A program made the translations under genes and the position numbers. From Lachnospiraceae bacterium (GTDB lineage: Bacteria; Bacillota; Clostridia; Lachnospirales; Lachnospiraceae), in the NCBI GenBank assembly GCA_022790855.1, contig JAAVYA010000002.1, forward strand, positions 49,054-113,053: a stretch of 64,000 bases of DNA, given 5' to 3'. The notes beneath the pieces were generated by a model. It had not been told where the DNA came from. It did no database searches and saw only the letters and a list, made by a program, of their open reading frames with translations. Of the stretch, positions 19,843-28,678 are shown piece by piece. How positions within the stretch are numbered: position 1 is the first letter of the stretch; every line of letters begins with the position of its first letter.

Positions 19843-20047
19843 CAGGCTGGCGAGGCTGTTTTGCAAAATATGTTATGAAAATGCATTTTTCTCTTGTCAT
19901 TTGCAGTTTTTTCGTGTATCTTAAAAAAGGACGGTTGCAGGATATAAAACCATTTCTGTCATTTATAAATCGAAACATCAAGAAATAAAAGAAAAAACAA
20001 ATATATTTTGCAAGAATTTTTGACGAATTATGCAAAAGGAGAATGGT

Positions 20048-21376
20048 ATGGATTTATTTGATTACATGCGCCAGCAGAATATGGAGAAGGACTCCCCTCT
20101 GGCCAGCCGTCTGCGTCCTGTAAAGCTGGAGGAAGTGGTGGGGCAACAGCATATTATCGGGAAAGATAAGCTGCTGTACCGGGCAATACAGGCGGATAAA
20201 CTGAGCTCCATTATTTTTTACGGGCCTCCCGGGACGGGGAAAACAACGCTGGCCAAAGTGATCGCTAATACCACAAGCGCCGTATTTACCCAATTAAACG
20301 CCACGGCGGCGGGGAAAAAGGATATGGAGGAAGTGGTGGCCCAGGCAAAGAATAACAGCGGCATGTACGGGAAGAAAACGATTTTATTTGTTGATGAGAT
20401 CCATCGTTTTCATAAGGGGCAGCAGGATTATCTCCTTCCCTTTGTGGAGGACGGTACGATTATACTGATTGGCGCGACTACAGAGAATCCGTATTTTGAA
20501 GTAAACGGGGCGCTGCTGTCTCGGTCTGTAATTTTTGAACTGAAATCCCTGGAGAAAGAGGATATTAAGGTTTTGCTGCTTCGGGCGGTAAAAGACCGGG
20601 AGCGGGGCATGGGGGCTTATAATGCCCGGCTGGATGAGGAAGCTTTGGATTTTTTGGCGGATGCCTCCAACGGGGACGCCAGGGCGGCGTTGACAGCCGT
20701 GGAACTGGGGGTTTTAACAACGCCGAGAAGCGAGGACGGAATCATTCATATTACCCTGGAAGTGGCCTCGGAATGCATCCAAAAACGTGTGGTGCGGTAT
20801 GATAAGTCCGGAGATAATCACTATGATACGGTTTCTGCGTTTATCAAAAGTATGCGGGGGTCGGATCCGGATGCGGCGGTATACTATCTGGCTCGGATGC
20901 TGTATGCGGGGGAAGATATCAAATTCATTGCCCGCCGGATCATGATCTGTGCATCGGAGGATGTGGGAAATGCGGATCCTAACGCATTGGTTATGGCGGT
21001 AAATGCCTGCCAGGCCGTGGAACGTGTGGGGATGCCGGAGGCTCAGCTGATTTTGGCTCAGGCGGTCATTTATGTGGCCGGAGCGCCTAAGAGCAATGCC
21101 TGTACGGAAGCCATTGGCCGGGCCATGGAAGCGGTGAAGCATACCATGACGGCTCCCATCCCGTCCCACTTGATGGATTCTCATTACAAGGGCGCCGGGA
21201 AGCTGGGGCATGGACTGGATTATCAGTATGCCCATGTATTTCCCAATCATTATGTGAAGCAGCAGTATCTCCCGGACGGTTTGGAGGGCTCCCGGTTTTA
21301 CGAGCCCACAGAGCAGGGGTATGAGAAACAGATCAAGGACTGGCTTGATTTTTTAGAGCAGGAAAGTGAAAAGTAA
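20048..21376 (+). CDS. rarA: replication-associated recombination protein A (AAA+ ATPase)
   Basis: LRPVKLEEVVGQQH, Walker A GPPGTGKTT, Walker B LFVDEIHRF, and the MgsA C-terminal domain (YDTVSAFIKSMRGSDPDAAVYYLARML). The ATG at 20048 follows aaaggaga. Confidence 0.9.
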   Translation: MDLFDYMRQQNMEKDSPLASRLRPVKLEEVVGQQHIIGKDKLLYRAIQADKLSSIIFYGPPGTGKTTLAKVIANTTSAVFTQLNATAAGKKDMEEVVAQAKNNSGMYGKKTILFVDEIHRFHKGQQDYLLPFVEDGTIILIGATTENPYFEVNGALLSRSVIFELKSLEKEDIKVLLLRAVKDRERGMGAYNARLDEEALDFLADASNGDARAALTAVELGVLTTPRSEDGIIHITLEVASECIQKRVVRYDKSGDNHYDTVSAFIKSMRGSDPDAAVYYLARMLYAGEDIKFIARRIMICASEDVGNADPNALVMAVNACQAVERVGMPEAQLILAQAVIYVAGAPKSNACTEAIGRAMEAVKHTMTAPIPSHLMDSHYKGAGKLGHGLDYQYAHVFPNHYVKQQYLPDGLEGSRFYEPTEQGYEKQIKDWLDFLEQESEK

Positions 21377-21426
21377 GTGCAGTGATTGCACCGGAATTCA
21401 GTAAAAGAAAACGGAGGAAGTGGAAT

Positions 21427-22719
21427 ATGCAGTCTTATCAGGAAATGACAAAAGAAGAATTGCTTCAGGAGAAAGCAAAGCTGGAATCCGCATATAAGAA
21501 ATTTCAAAGAAGCGGCTTGCAGCTTGATATGTCCAGGGGAAAACCTTCCCAGGAACAGCTGGATCTGTCTATGGGTATGATGGATGTGTTAAACAGTGAT
21601 ACGGATCTGAAATGCGAAGAGGGGATTGACTGCCGGAATTACGGCGTACTGGACGGAATTCAGGAAGCAAAGGTTCTGTTGGGAGATATGATCGAGTGCC
21701 ATCCGGATAATATTATTATCTATGGAAATTCCAGTCTGAACGTCATGTACGACACCATCTCCCGTTCCATAACTCACGGCGTCATGGGCAATACTCCCTG
21801 GTGCAAGCTGGATAAAGTAAAATTCCTCTGTCCGGTGCCGGGGTATGACAGGCATTTTGCCATTACGGAATATTTTGGGATTGAGATGATCAATATACCG
21901 ATGCTGCCCACAGGGCCGGATATGGATTTGGTGGAAAAACTGGTAAGCCAGGATGAGGCTATTAAGGGAATCTGGTGCGTACCCAAATATTCTAATCCTC
22001 AGGGCATCACTTATTCGGATGAGACGGTACGCCGCTTTGCCAGGCTTAAGCCTGCGGCAAAGGATTTCCGCATCTATTGGGATAATGCGTATGGTATCCA
22101 TCATCTGTATGATATCGATCAGGATAACCTGGTGGAGATTATGGCGGAATGCAAACGGGCTGGGAATCCAGATATGGTGTACAAATTCTGCTCCACCTCC
22201 AAGATTACGTTTTCCGGTTCCGGGATTGCGGCTCTGGCAGCTTCTTTGAACAACCTGGATGAGATTAAGACACAGCTTAAAATTGCCACCATTGGCCATG
22301 ACAAGGTGAATCAGCTTCGTCACGTAAGATTTTTTAAGGATATTTACGGCATGACAGAACATATGCGCCGCCATGCGGATATCCTGCGCCCAAAGTTTGA
22401 AATGATTCTGGATACCTTCGACCGGGAATTTGCAGGAAAGGGGATCGGAAGCTGGATTCGTCCCAAGGGAGGCTATTTTATCTGTTTTGAAGCTTTGGAG
22501 GGGTGTGCAAAGGCCATTGTATCCAAAGCAAAAAAAGCAGGCATGGTTATGACGCCGGCAGGCGCTCCCTTCCCCTATGGAAAGGATCCCAAGGATTCGG
22601 TGATCCGGATTGCGCCCACCTATCCTACCTTAGAGGATTTGAAGCTGGCTACGGAAATTTTTGTGGTTTGTGTCAAGCTGGTGAGTATCGAAAAGATCCT
22701 TGCTACGCAAACCAGTTAA
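21427..22719 (+). CDS. PLP-dependent aminotransferase (class I/II fold)
   Basis: The length and profile fit the aminotransferase fold. STSKITFSGSGIAALA contains the likely PLP lysine. The ATG at 21427 has the RBS ggaggaag. Confidence 0.7.
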   Translation: MQSYQEMTKEELLQEKAKLESAYKKFQRSGLQLDMSRGKPSQEQLDLSMGMMDVLNSDTDLKCEEGIDCRNYGVLDGIQEAKVLLGDMIECHPDNIIIYGNSSLNVMYDTISRSITHGVMGNTPWCKLDKVKFLCPVPGYDRHFAITEYFGIEMINIPMLPTGPDMDLVEKLVSQDEAIKGIWCVPKYSNPQGITYSDETVRRFARLKPAAKDFRIYWDNAYGIHHLYDIDQDNLVEIMAECKRAGNPDMVYKFCSTSKITFSGSGIAALAASLNNLDEIKTQLKIATIGHDKVNQLRHVRFFKDIYGMTEHMRRHADILRPKFEMILDTFDREFAGKGIGSWIRPKGGYFICFEALEGCAKAIVSKAKKAGMVMTPAGAPFPYGKDPKDSVIRIAPTYPTLEDLKLATEIFVVCVKLVSIEKILATQTS

Positions 22720-22967
22720 AAAAGAGTTTGAAGCCGTCATTCTAGGGATTTGAAAGCAGAGTTTCGTGCATTATTTATAAAAAATTTATTAATTTCTGCA
22801 AATTTCCACCAATTTTGCATGATATTATGATATAATATAACAGAGCAATGAGTGAAGCGAAGAGAAATGGAATTTCGTTGAAGATTTGCTTACGAATAAG
22901 AAGTTTCGTTTCTTTTTTGTTGGTCGGATGCCCCAGTCGGCATGGACGGGAAAGAAGTTGGTAGGTT

Positions 22968-23696
22968 TTGGATACAAGAATAATTTTTAATGAGGGGATA
23001 GACAGTTGGAAGACTGTCATTTTCCTGTACAATGCGGCATTGAAGGAGGTCAACACAAAGCTTGAGATTCTGAACGATGAGTTTAAGCATGTACATCAAT
23101 ATAATCCTATCGAGTACATTAAGTCCCGGATGAAATCTCCGGAGAGCATTGTCAAGAAGCTAAAGCGCAACGGTTATGAGAGCACCATTGAGAATATGGT
23201 AAATTATGTGAATGATATTGCAGGGATCCGCATTGTTTGTTCCTTTACATCCGATATTTATCGGATTGCAGGGATGATTGGCAAGCAGAATGATCTGACT
23301 GTGGTTTCGGTGAAGGATTATATTAAGAATCCAAAGCCTAGCGGTTATAAGAGCTATCATATGTTGGTGACAGTTCCGATTTTTTTGTCTGACAGTGTGG
23401 TGGAGACCAAGGTTGAGATACAGATCCGAACCATAGCTATGGATTTTTGGGCAAGCCTGGAACATAAGATTTACTATAAGTTCGAGGGGAATGCTCCGGA
23501 ATATATCAGCAAGGAGCTTCGGGACTGCGCGGGGATTGTTTCTATGCTGGACGGCAGGATGCTGCAGTTAAACGAAGCCATTCTGGAGGCAAAGCGCAAG
23601 CAGGAAGAATTGGAGCTGGAAGCAAAAAGGATGCTGAAAGAACAGCAGAGAATACAACAAAAGGGGGAATTACAGCATGGGGGAAGCCAGGCTTGA
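22968..23696 (+). CDS. small alarmone synthetase (RelA/SpoT-domain GTP pyrophosphokinase)
   Basis: The synthetase core motifs DIAGIRIVC, GYKSYHM and EIQIRTIAMDFWASLEHK are present, with no hydrolase domain. TTG start as listed. Confidence 0.85.
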   Translation: MDTRIIFNEGIDSWKTVIFLYNAALKEVNTKLEILNDEFKHVHQYNPIEYIKSRMKSPESIVKKLKRNGYESTIENMVNYVNDIAGIRIVCSFTSDIYRIAGMIGKQNDLTVVSVKDYIKNPKPSGYKSYHMLVTVPIFLSDSVVETKVEIQIRTIAMDFWASLEHKIYYKFEGNAPEYISKELRDCAGIVSMLDGRMLQLNEAILEAKRKQEELELEAKRMLKEQQRIQQKGELQHGGSQA

Positions 23697-24171
23697 GATT
23701 CGTTTGGCAAAAGAAGAGGACGTGTCCTCAATTTTGGGATTTGTGAGAGAGTTAGCCGAGTATGAGCACATGTTAGACGAGGTGGTTGCCACCGAGGAGA
23801 TTATGAGGGAATGGATTTTTGAGAAGAAGAAAGCGGAAGTCCTGATTGGGGAAGAGGACGGCAAGCCGGTGGGATTTGCATTATTTTTCCATAATTTCTC
23901 AACATTTCTGGGCCGTTCCGGAATCTACCTGGAGGATTTGTTTGTGAAGCCTGCTTATCGGGGGAAGGGATATGGCAAGGCGCTGCTTCAAAAGCTGGCC
24001 CAGATTACGGTAGAGCGGGGCTGCGGCAGGCTGGAATGGTGCTGCCTGGACTGGAACCAGCCCAGTATTGATTTCTATAAGTCTTTGGGGGCTGTTCCCC
24101 TGGAGGAATGGACGATTTACCGGATGACCGGGGATACGCTGCAGGAATTTGGAAAGAAGGACGTAAAGTGA
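23677..24171 (+). CDS. GNAT family N-acetyltransferase
   Basis: Acetyl-CoA motif YRGKGYGKALLQKL. The length is typical of diamine/spermidine acetyltransferase-like GNATs. Confidence 0.8.
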   Translation: MGEARLEIRLAKEEDVSSILGFVRELAEYEHMLDEVVATEEIMREWIFEKKKAEVLIGEEDGKPVGFALFFHNFSTFLGRSGIYLEDLFVKPAYRGKGYGKALLQKLAQITVERGCGRLEWCCLDWNQPSIDFYKSLGAVPLEEWTIYRMTGDTLQEFGKKDVK

Positions 24172-24824
24172 AAGGAATTTTTTTAGATTATACAGGAACC
24201 ATTACTCAGGAGGGAGGACCGGATGTGGCCGCCCTCCTGGGACGTCTTTGTGCAGGGAGCAACTGCAAGGATATGAAATGGCTGCTGAATGAGTGGTGGC
24301 GGCTGGTAAAATTATACGAGAATCAAAGCTACAAGGAAGATTATATGACAGAAGATGAGATTGTAGATTTGATTTTGCATAAATGGGAAGATGAGATTGA
24401 ATTAAAAGAGAATCTGAAGGAGCTTCACGGGCTTTGCCAAAAATATTGGATGTATGCTCCAGTGTATTCGGATGCATTAGAATTTTTTGAGCGTTGTCCG
24501 CTTCCCATTTATGTGGTTACCAATAACGGGAGCAAATATGTAGAGGTCTGCATGGAGCAAAACGGTCTGCACCCCGCGGGAATTATCTGCGGTGATATGG
24601 TGCGGGCCTATAAGCCTCACCGGGAGCTGTTTGAAGAGGCTCTCAGGGTTAGCGGGTTTATGCCCAAAGAGGTAGTGCATATCGGGGATTCTGTTGCTTC
24701 CGATGTGGAAGGAGCCCGGGCGGCGGGAATCCGTCCTGTTTTTTTGAATCGGAGCAAAGCTGAGGTTTCGGAGGGGATAGAATCTGTCGGGAGTTTATTG
24801 GAGGCGTTAGAACTCATATTATAA
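24168..24824 (+). CDS. HAD family hydrolase
   Basis: HAD motif I-like FLDYTGT, plus the motifs VTNN and IGDSVASDVEGARAAG. The GTG at 24168 overlaps the previous stop (GTGA). Confidence 0.7.
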   Translation: MKGIFLDYTGTITQEGGPDVAALLGRLCAGSNCKDMKWLLNEWWRLVKLYENQSYKEDYMTEDEIVDLILHKWEDEIELKENLKELHGLCQKYWMYAPVYSDALEFFERCPLPIYVVTNNGSKYVEVCMEQNGLHPAGIICGDMVRAYKPHRELFEEALRVSGFMPKEVVHIGDSVASDVEGARAAGIRPVFLNRSKAEVSEGIESVGSLLEALELIL

Positions 24825-24857
24825 GTGGAAAAAGGCTGCTAGAAGGAGAAGAGAACT

Positions 24858-25379
24858 ATGGCGGAACCAAAGATTGTGATTCGAACGGTAACAAAAGAGG
24901 ACTTTCCCTTGATTCTGAGGTTAAACGAGGAGAATGTAGAGGTGCTTTCTCCTATGGATGAAAAGGGCGCCGCGCTTTTTGGAAAATGGGCGGAGAAGTT
25001 TTTGGTGGCAGAGGTAGACGGTCGGTTTGCCGCGTTTTTGATAGCGTTTCGGGAAGGGGTGGACGACTATTGGAGTGAAAATTATAAGTGGTTTGCCGCG
25101 AAATATTCCCAATTTCTTTATATAGACCGGATTGTAATTGACGAGCCTTACCGGAAGTGCGGCTTGGGCCGTAGACTGTATCGGGAGCTTATGGATCACG
25201 CCCGGAATACGAAGGTGCCGGTAGTGACGGCGGAGATTGATACGGAGCCGGTATATAATGAGGCCAGCCTGAGGTTCCATGATGCCATGGGATTTCGTGA
25301 GGTTGGGACGCAGTATGTCCGGGACGGCAAGATAAAGGTGTCGCTGCAGGCGGCTGAAGTTGCGGTGGATGTTCCCTAG
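24858..25379 (+). CDS. GNAT family N-acetyltransferase
   Basis: Motif A: YRKCGLGRRLYREL. The RBS is aaggagaag. Confidence 0.75.
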   Translation: MAEPKIVIRTVTKEDFPLILRLNEENVEVLSPMDEKGAALFGKWAEKFLVAEVDGRFAAFLIAFREGVDDYWSENYKWFAAKYSQFLYIDRIVIDEPYRKCGLGRRLYRELMDHARNTKVPVVTAEIDTEPVYNEASLRFHDAMGFREVGTQYVRDGKIKVSLQAAEVAVDVP

Positions 25380-25478
25380 AGCCTGAGCTGAACCAAAGGT
25401 GGGAGATTTTTGTTTTGGCACAGGATGGTTTTGCCGCCACACAGCGATTTTATTAACAGTAAAAAAAGTTATTTTTTA

Positions 25479-25508
25479 TTGACATTTAGGAATGGTAGTT
25501 ATTATTTA
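25479..25508 (+). promoter_or_regulatory. candidate sigma-A promoter at the left edge of the AT-rich islet
   Basis: TTGACA at 25479-25484 is followed by T/A-rich -10 candidates (tattat / tattta) at 15-18 nt spacing. Confidence 0.35.
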
Positions 25509-25575
25509 TTTAAGGTGAGTCCTACCTATAAGTGGAAGTTGTAAAAGAGATGGAACCGCTCATGGTGGTTTTACA

Positions 25576-25605
25576 ATATGGCTATGCCTTATGGCATAGC
25601 CATAT
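25576..25605 (+). terminator. perfect 13-bp hairpin between the promoter and the toxin remnant
   Basis: atatggctatgcc-ttat-ggcatagccatat followed by tttatataattt. Its position matches the antitoxin-RNA terminator of type III TA loci. Confidence 0.5.
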
Positions 25606-25644
25606 TTATATAATTTATGTAATTCTAAAGTTAATGAGGTGCAA

Positions 25645-25955
25645 ATGAAGCAGGAAAGGTTAAACTTATATCTGATAGATATGAAATACATACGGAATCT
25701 GCATAGGGTAGACGATAAAGTATCTTCGGTTTCAGCGCAGATAGGGAAACAGCATCAATTTATGTAGGGATTATTGTTTTGCGTAATAATAGAAAATATC
25801 ACATCCCGCTTTCCCATGCTGTTGCAAAACATACGAAAATGAAGCCAAGAGCTGAATTTGACAAGATATGTGCCATGGCGAATCTGGGTATAAAGGAAAT
25901 GTACATCAGGATATATTACGCCAAAAATCGTTGCCACTTTTGGTTTGATATTTGA
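25645..25955 (+). pseudogene. ToxN/AbiQ-family type III toxin, frameshifted and truncated
   Basis: Frame 1 gives MKQERLNLYLIDMKYIRNLHRVDDKVS...QHQFM* (stop at 25765). The reading continues in another frame from 25767 as GIIVLRNNRKYHIPLSHAVAKHTKMKPRAEFDKI. The two pieces match, in order, the ToxN/AbiQ blocks (FYxIxxxYIxYLxxFDDKV and GIVLxIxxxKYxAPLxSPKxxH). Confidence 0.6.
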
Positions 25956-26065
25956 ATTGGCTTCTGATATAATTTTTTGATATATCCTGGGTGTTGCTTT
26001 TGGTTTAGAATCAGCATTATGAGGATATCTAGCGCCATCTGGCAAAAATTGAGGAGGACAATACA

Positions 26066-26774
26066 GTGGAATACGTTCATGCCATTCTTTGGAGAAACTT
26101 CAATCAGGCGACAATTGATACTTTAAGAGGAAAATCTGCGGGTCAGTATGATATTCGACTTGGAAAGAGAGATGGTTATTCTGCTTTTTTCGAAGGTATC
26201 ACACGAAAGAACCAAACTAAGTTTGGAGGATATGATCTTAACATTCAATTAGAGGAAGTTTTGGACTCGTCATTAAATGTAGTATGTGAAAAAAAGACGC
26301 TAGTTGTTAGATTTATGGGAGAAAATTCACAAAGAAAGGATTGGAATATTCCATCACAACGTATTGCCCCAGGAGAGCATAAATGATTCCGTTGCTGCGG
26401 TCTGTGTTTTAGCTAGAGATATGTTGAAATACATAAATGGAAAAATCAACCTGTTTTTAGGACGTGACTATACTCTTGGACATTCTTATTTTTGGAATCT
26501 ATCTCAGGCTGACAACGGAGAAGAGGCAATGGGATTGTTTAAGGAGGATTTATTCGAACAAATATTTCCGCAGATGGAAGAGCTGTTTAGGGGCAGAGAA
26601 GAACAAATGATGCATATCCTTGGAATATCTGGCAAAAGAAATAATATGCCATATCTGCTTCTGGCTGCATCGGACGAAGAGATAGAAATGGGAGCGATAG
26701 ATTCCTATATCCAGAATCCTGAAATTACGCCGCAGGAGCTGGTTGAATGGGCAAAGGGACTATGTGTGAAATAG
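26066..26774 (+). pseudogene. McrB-like restriction subunit with the AAA+ GTPase core deleted
   Basis: Two overlapping ORFs in different frames (26066-26386 and 26304-26774). The second ends like McrB (INGKINLFLGRDYTLGHSYFW...IFPQMEELF, compared with E. coli McrB ...GFRIGHSYF...IAPLLEEYF). No Walker A/B is present anywhere. The total length is about one third of a McrB homologue. Confidence 0.55.
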
Positions 26775-26786
26775 GAGATTTTGCAG

Positions 26787-27635
26787 ATGAAGCAAGTGTT
26801 GGTCCGAGAAATGACGGAATATGATCTCAGAGACCTTTTTGAGGAGGATTACGGCGATGTTCTCTGTGATGAGTTATATGAAAAAAGCCGAGTAATTAAA
26901 AAAAATCTCGGTTTGCGTATGGAGCCCATATTGATCCAACGGGGGAAAGGCAGAGGAAGCATAAAATTTAGTTCCATTGCAGGGGTACTGTCCTTAAAAC
27001 ATATAGAGATTGAAATTATGCCCAAATTTTATAATCAAGATGATCTGTGGAGAGAGAATCTCTTTGCCATGATTTCGTGGGCAAACAGTGGGAGAATGGA
27101 AGCGCAAAAATTCAGTAATATGAAATACACCAGCAAGAACATCTATGACCATATAGGCCGCCTGTATGTGGAAGAACTTGAGTATGCACTTAACAGAGAG
27201 CTTATACGATCATATAGAAGTGTAGAAGAAAATTCGCGATTCCTCAGAGGACGTATTCTGATCACAGAAGAAATGCGGCATATTTTGTCTTCCCCTGGGA
27301 TTGTATGGTACGAGCGTGATGGCTTGGATTATGAAAATGAATATAATTATATTTTAAAATGGTGTACCGACTTCTTGCACAGTCATTGTAAGGATAAAAG
27401 GATAAAAAACCGCTTGAGAATGGTCAGAGAGAGAATACCGGCGACAGTGAATCGTTATAGTATTCCGGTACATTCAAAATTGCCGCCTCAATACAGTCAT
27501 TATACAAGAGCCATAGAAATTGCCAATCATGTGGCGCTCAAGAAAGCCATTGATGAGCTTAAAGTTCGATTATTAAAATATATAGATGAAGTAGTTTTTT
27601 ATTCTGTGGATAAGGATGTGTTAAATGGGAATTGA
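26787..27635 (+). CDS. McrC-like protein, N-terminal part only (no PD-(D/E)xK nuclease domain)
   Basis: McrC-family blocks IAGVLSLKHIEIEIMPKF and FLRGRILI are present. The ORF ends about 125 aa after the RGRI block, whereas in E. coli McrC the D..DxK nuclease motif lies about 175 aa after it. The 3' end overlaps the methylase start. Confidence 0.55.
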   Translation: MKQVLVREMTEYDLRDLFEEDYGDVLCDELYEKSRVIKKNLGLRMEPILIQRGKGRGSIKFSSIAGVLSLKHIEIEIMPKFYNQDDLWRENLFAMISWANSGRMEAQKFSNMKYTSKNIYDHIGRLYVEELEYALNRELIRSYRSVEENSRFLRGRILITEEMRHILSSPGIVWYERDGLDYENEYNYILKWCTDFLHSHCKDKRIKNRLRMVRERIPATVNRYSIPVHSKLPPQYSHYTRAIEIANHVALKKAIDELKVRLLKYIDEVVFYSVDKDVLNGN

Positions 27636-28674
27636 GTTTTTAGGTAATAAGAAGCAATTAGAAAGTTTTCTTATGGATAACTTATCGCCCTATATTTTAC
27701 GGGGGAAGCTTTTTATGGATCTCTTTTCCGGAAGCGGAAGTGTGTCTATGATGATGAAAAAGCAAGGCTTGAATGTTATAGCAAATGATTTTTTGTTTTT
27801 TTCCTCTATGATGACAAAGGCAGTTCTTGAAAATGGAGATAGCCCACAGTTTAACGGATTAAAAAAGGTTCTTTCTTTAAGAGATGCAGATCCTTATGGT
27901 CAGGTTATTCATTATCTCAATTCGCTGTGCGGAGAAGAAGGTTTTATTTTTGCACATTACTCGCCTGCATCTCTGGCAATGGATGGTATAGCAAGGATGT
28001 ATTTTACAGAGGAGAATGCCAAAAAGATAGATGCCGTAAGAAATCAAATAGAACTATGGACGGAGAACCTCTTGCCAGAAGAAAAGGCATTACTAATCTC
28101 AGATTTACTGGATGCAGTATCAGGTGTAAGCAATATCGCCGGAACGTATGGATGCTATATGAAATTCTGGAAGAAAAAAGCGTTATGCCCGATGAATTTA
28201 TCAAAAAGGGAATTAATTGAGCCATGTACAGAACAAAGATTTTTGACATTAAATGCCTATTCCAATGATATTGTCTCAGAATATAAAGCGGATGTTATCT
28301 ACATGGATCCGCCCTATACAAAAAGGCAATATAGTGCGTATTATCATATTTTGGAAACCATAGCATTAAATGACAGCCCTAACATATTTGGAAAAACAGG
28401 TTTGAGAGATTGGAAAAAAAAGTCTTCTGACTATTGCTACAAAAGAAAAGCGTCGAAGGCCCTGGCGGATTTGTTAGACAAAGCAAATTGTCAGTATTTT
28501 GTAATGAGTTATAATAACGAAGGGCAAATAGAACATGAAGAAATTCTCCGGTTGATGAAAAAACATGGAAAGGTGTCGTATTATGAGACGCCCTATAGAA
28601 GGTATAAGAGTAATAATAGGAATGCGAAAGCTGATGAAGTGATGGAACGTCTTTACATATTGGAGATGAGATAA
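27625..28674 (+). CDS. N6-adenine DNA methyltransferase, Dam/D12 (alpha) class, FokI/LlaI-like
   Basis: FLGNKKQL, then SAM motif DLFSGSGSV near the N-terminus, then catalytic DPPY (IYMDPPYTKRQYSAYYHILE) after a long insert. This is alpha-class motif order. Confidence 0.85.
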   Translation: MGIEFLGNKKQLESFLMDNLSPYILRGKLFMDLFSGSGSVSMMMKKQGLNVIANDFLFFSSMMTKAVLENGDSPQFNGLKKVLSLRDADPYGQVIHYLNSLCGEEGFIFAHYSPASLAMDGIARMYFTEENAKKIDAVRNQIELWTENLLPEEKALLISDLLDAVSGVSNIAGTYGCYMKFWKKKALCPMNLSKRELIEPCTEQRFLTLNAYSNDIVSEYKADVIYMDPPYTKRQYSAYYHILETIALNDSPNIFGKTGLRDWKKKSSDYCYKRKASKALADLLDKANCQYFVMSYNNEGQIEHEEILRLMKKHGKVSYYETPYRRYKSNNRNAKADEVMERLYILEMR

Positions 28675-28678
28675 AATT

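Noticed and set aside
22750-22967. Leader upstream of the alarmone synthetase gene: an extended -10 (tgatataat), small hairpins, a T-run, and a possible 38-codon uORF.
   Set aside because: The stems are only about 5 bp. The uORF has no convincing RBS. I recognise no riboswitch core. This is not enough to call an attenuator.
25400-25420. Possible direct repeats flanking the AT-rich islet (tttttgtttt at about 25407 versus ttcttttgtttttcct and ttctttgtttttcct at about 31158-31200) as att-like sites.
   Set aside because: The shared core is only about 9 nt of T-rich low-complexity sequence, which is expected by chance in AT-rich spacers. No integrase is present.
25755-26045. 96-aa minus-strand ORF inside the islet.
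   Set aside because: It is antisense to the ToxN/AbiQ-like remnant, whose + strand translation has clear family blocks. The minus-strand product has no recognisable features.
26897-26904. A8 homopolymers inside the mcrC-like gene (26897-26904) and the Dam-class methylase gene (28414-28421) as phase-variation tracts.
   Set aside because: The tracts are short, and runs like these are common in AT-rich coding sequence. A single sequence gives no evidence of length variation.
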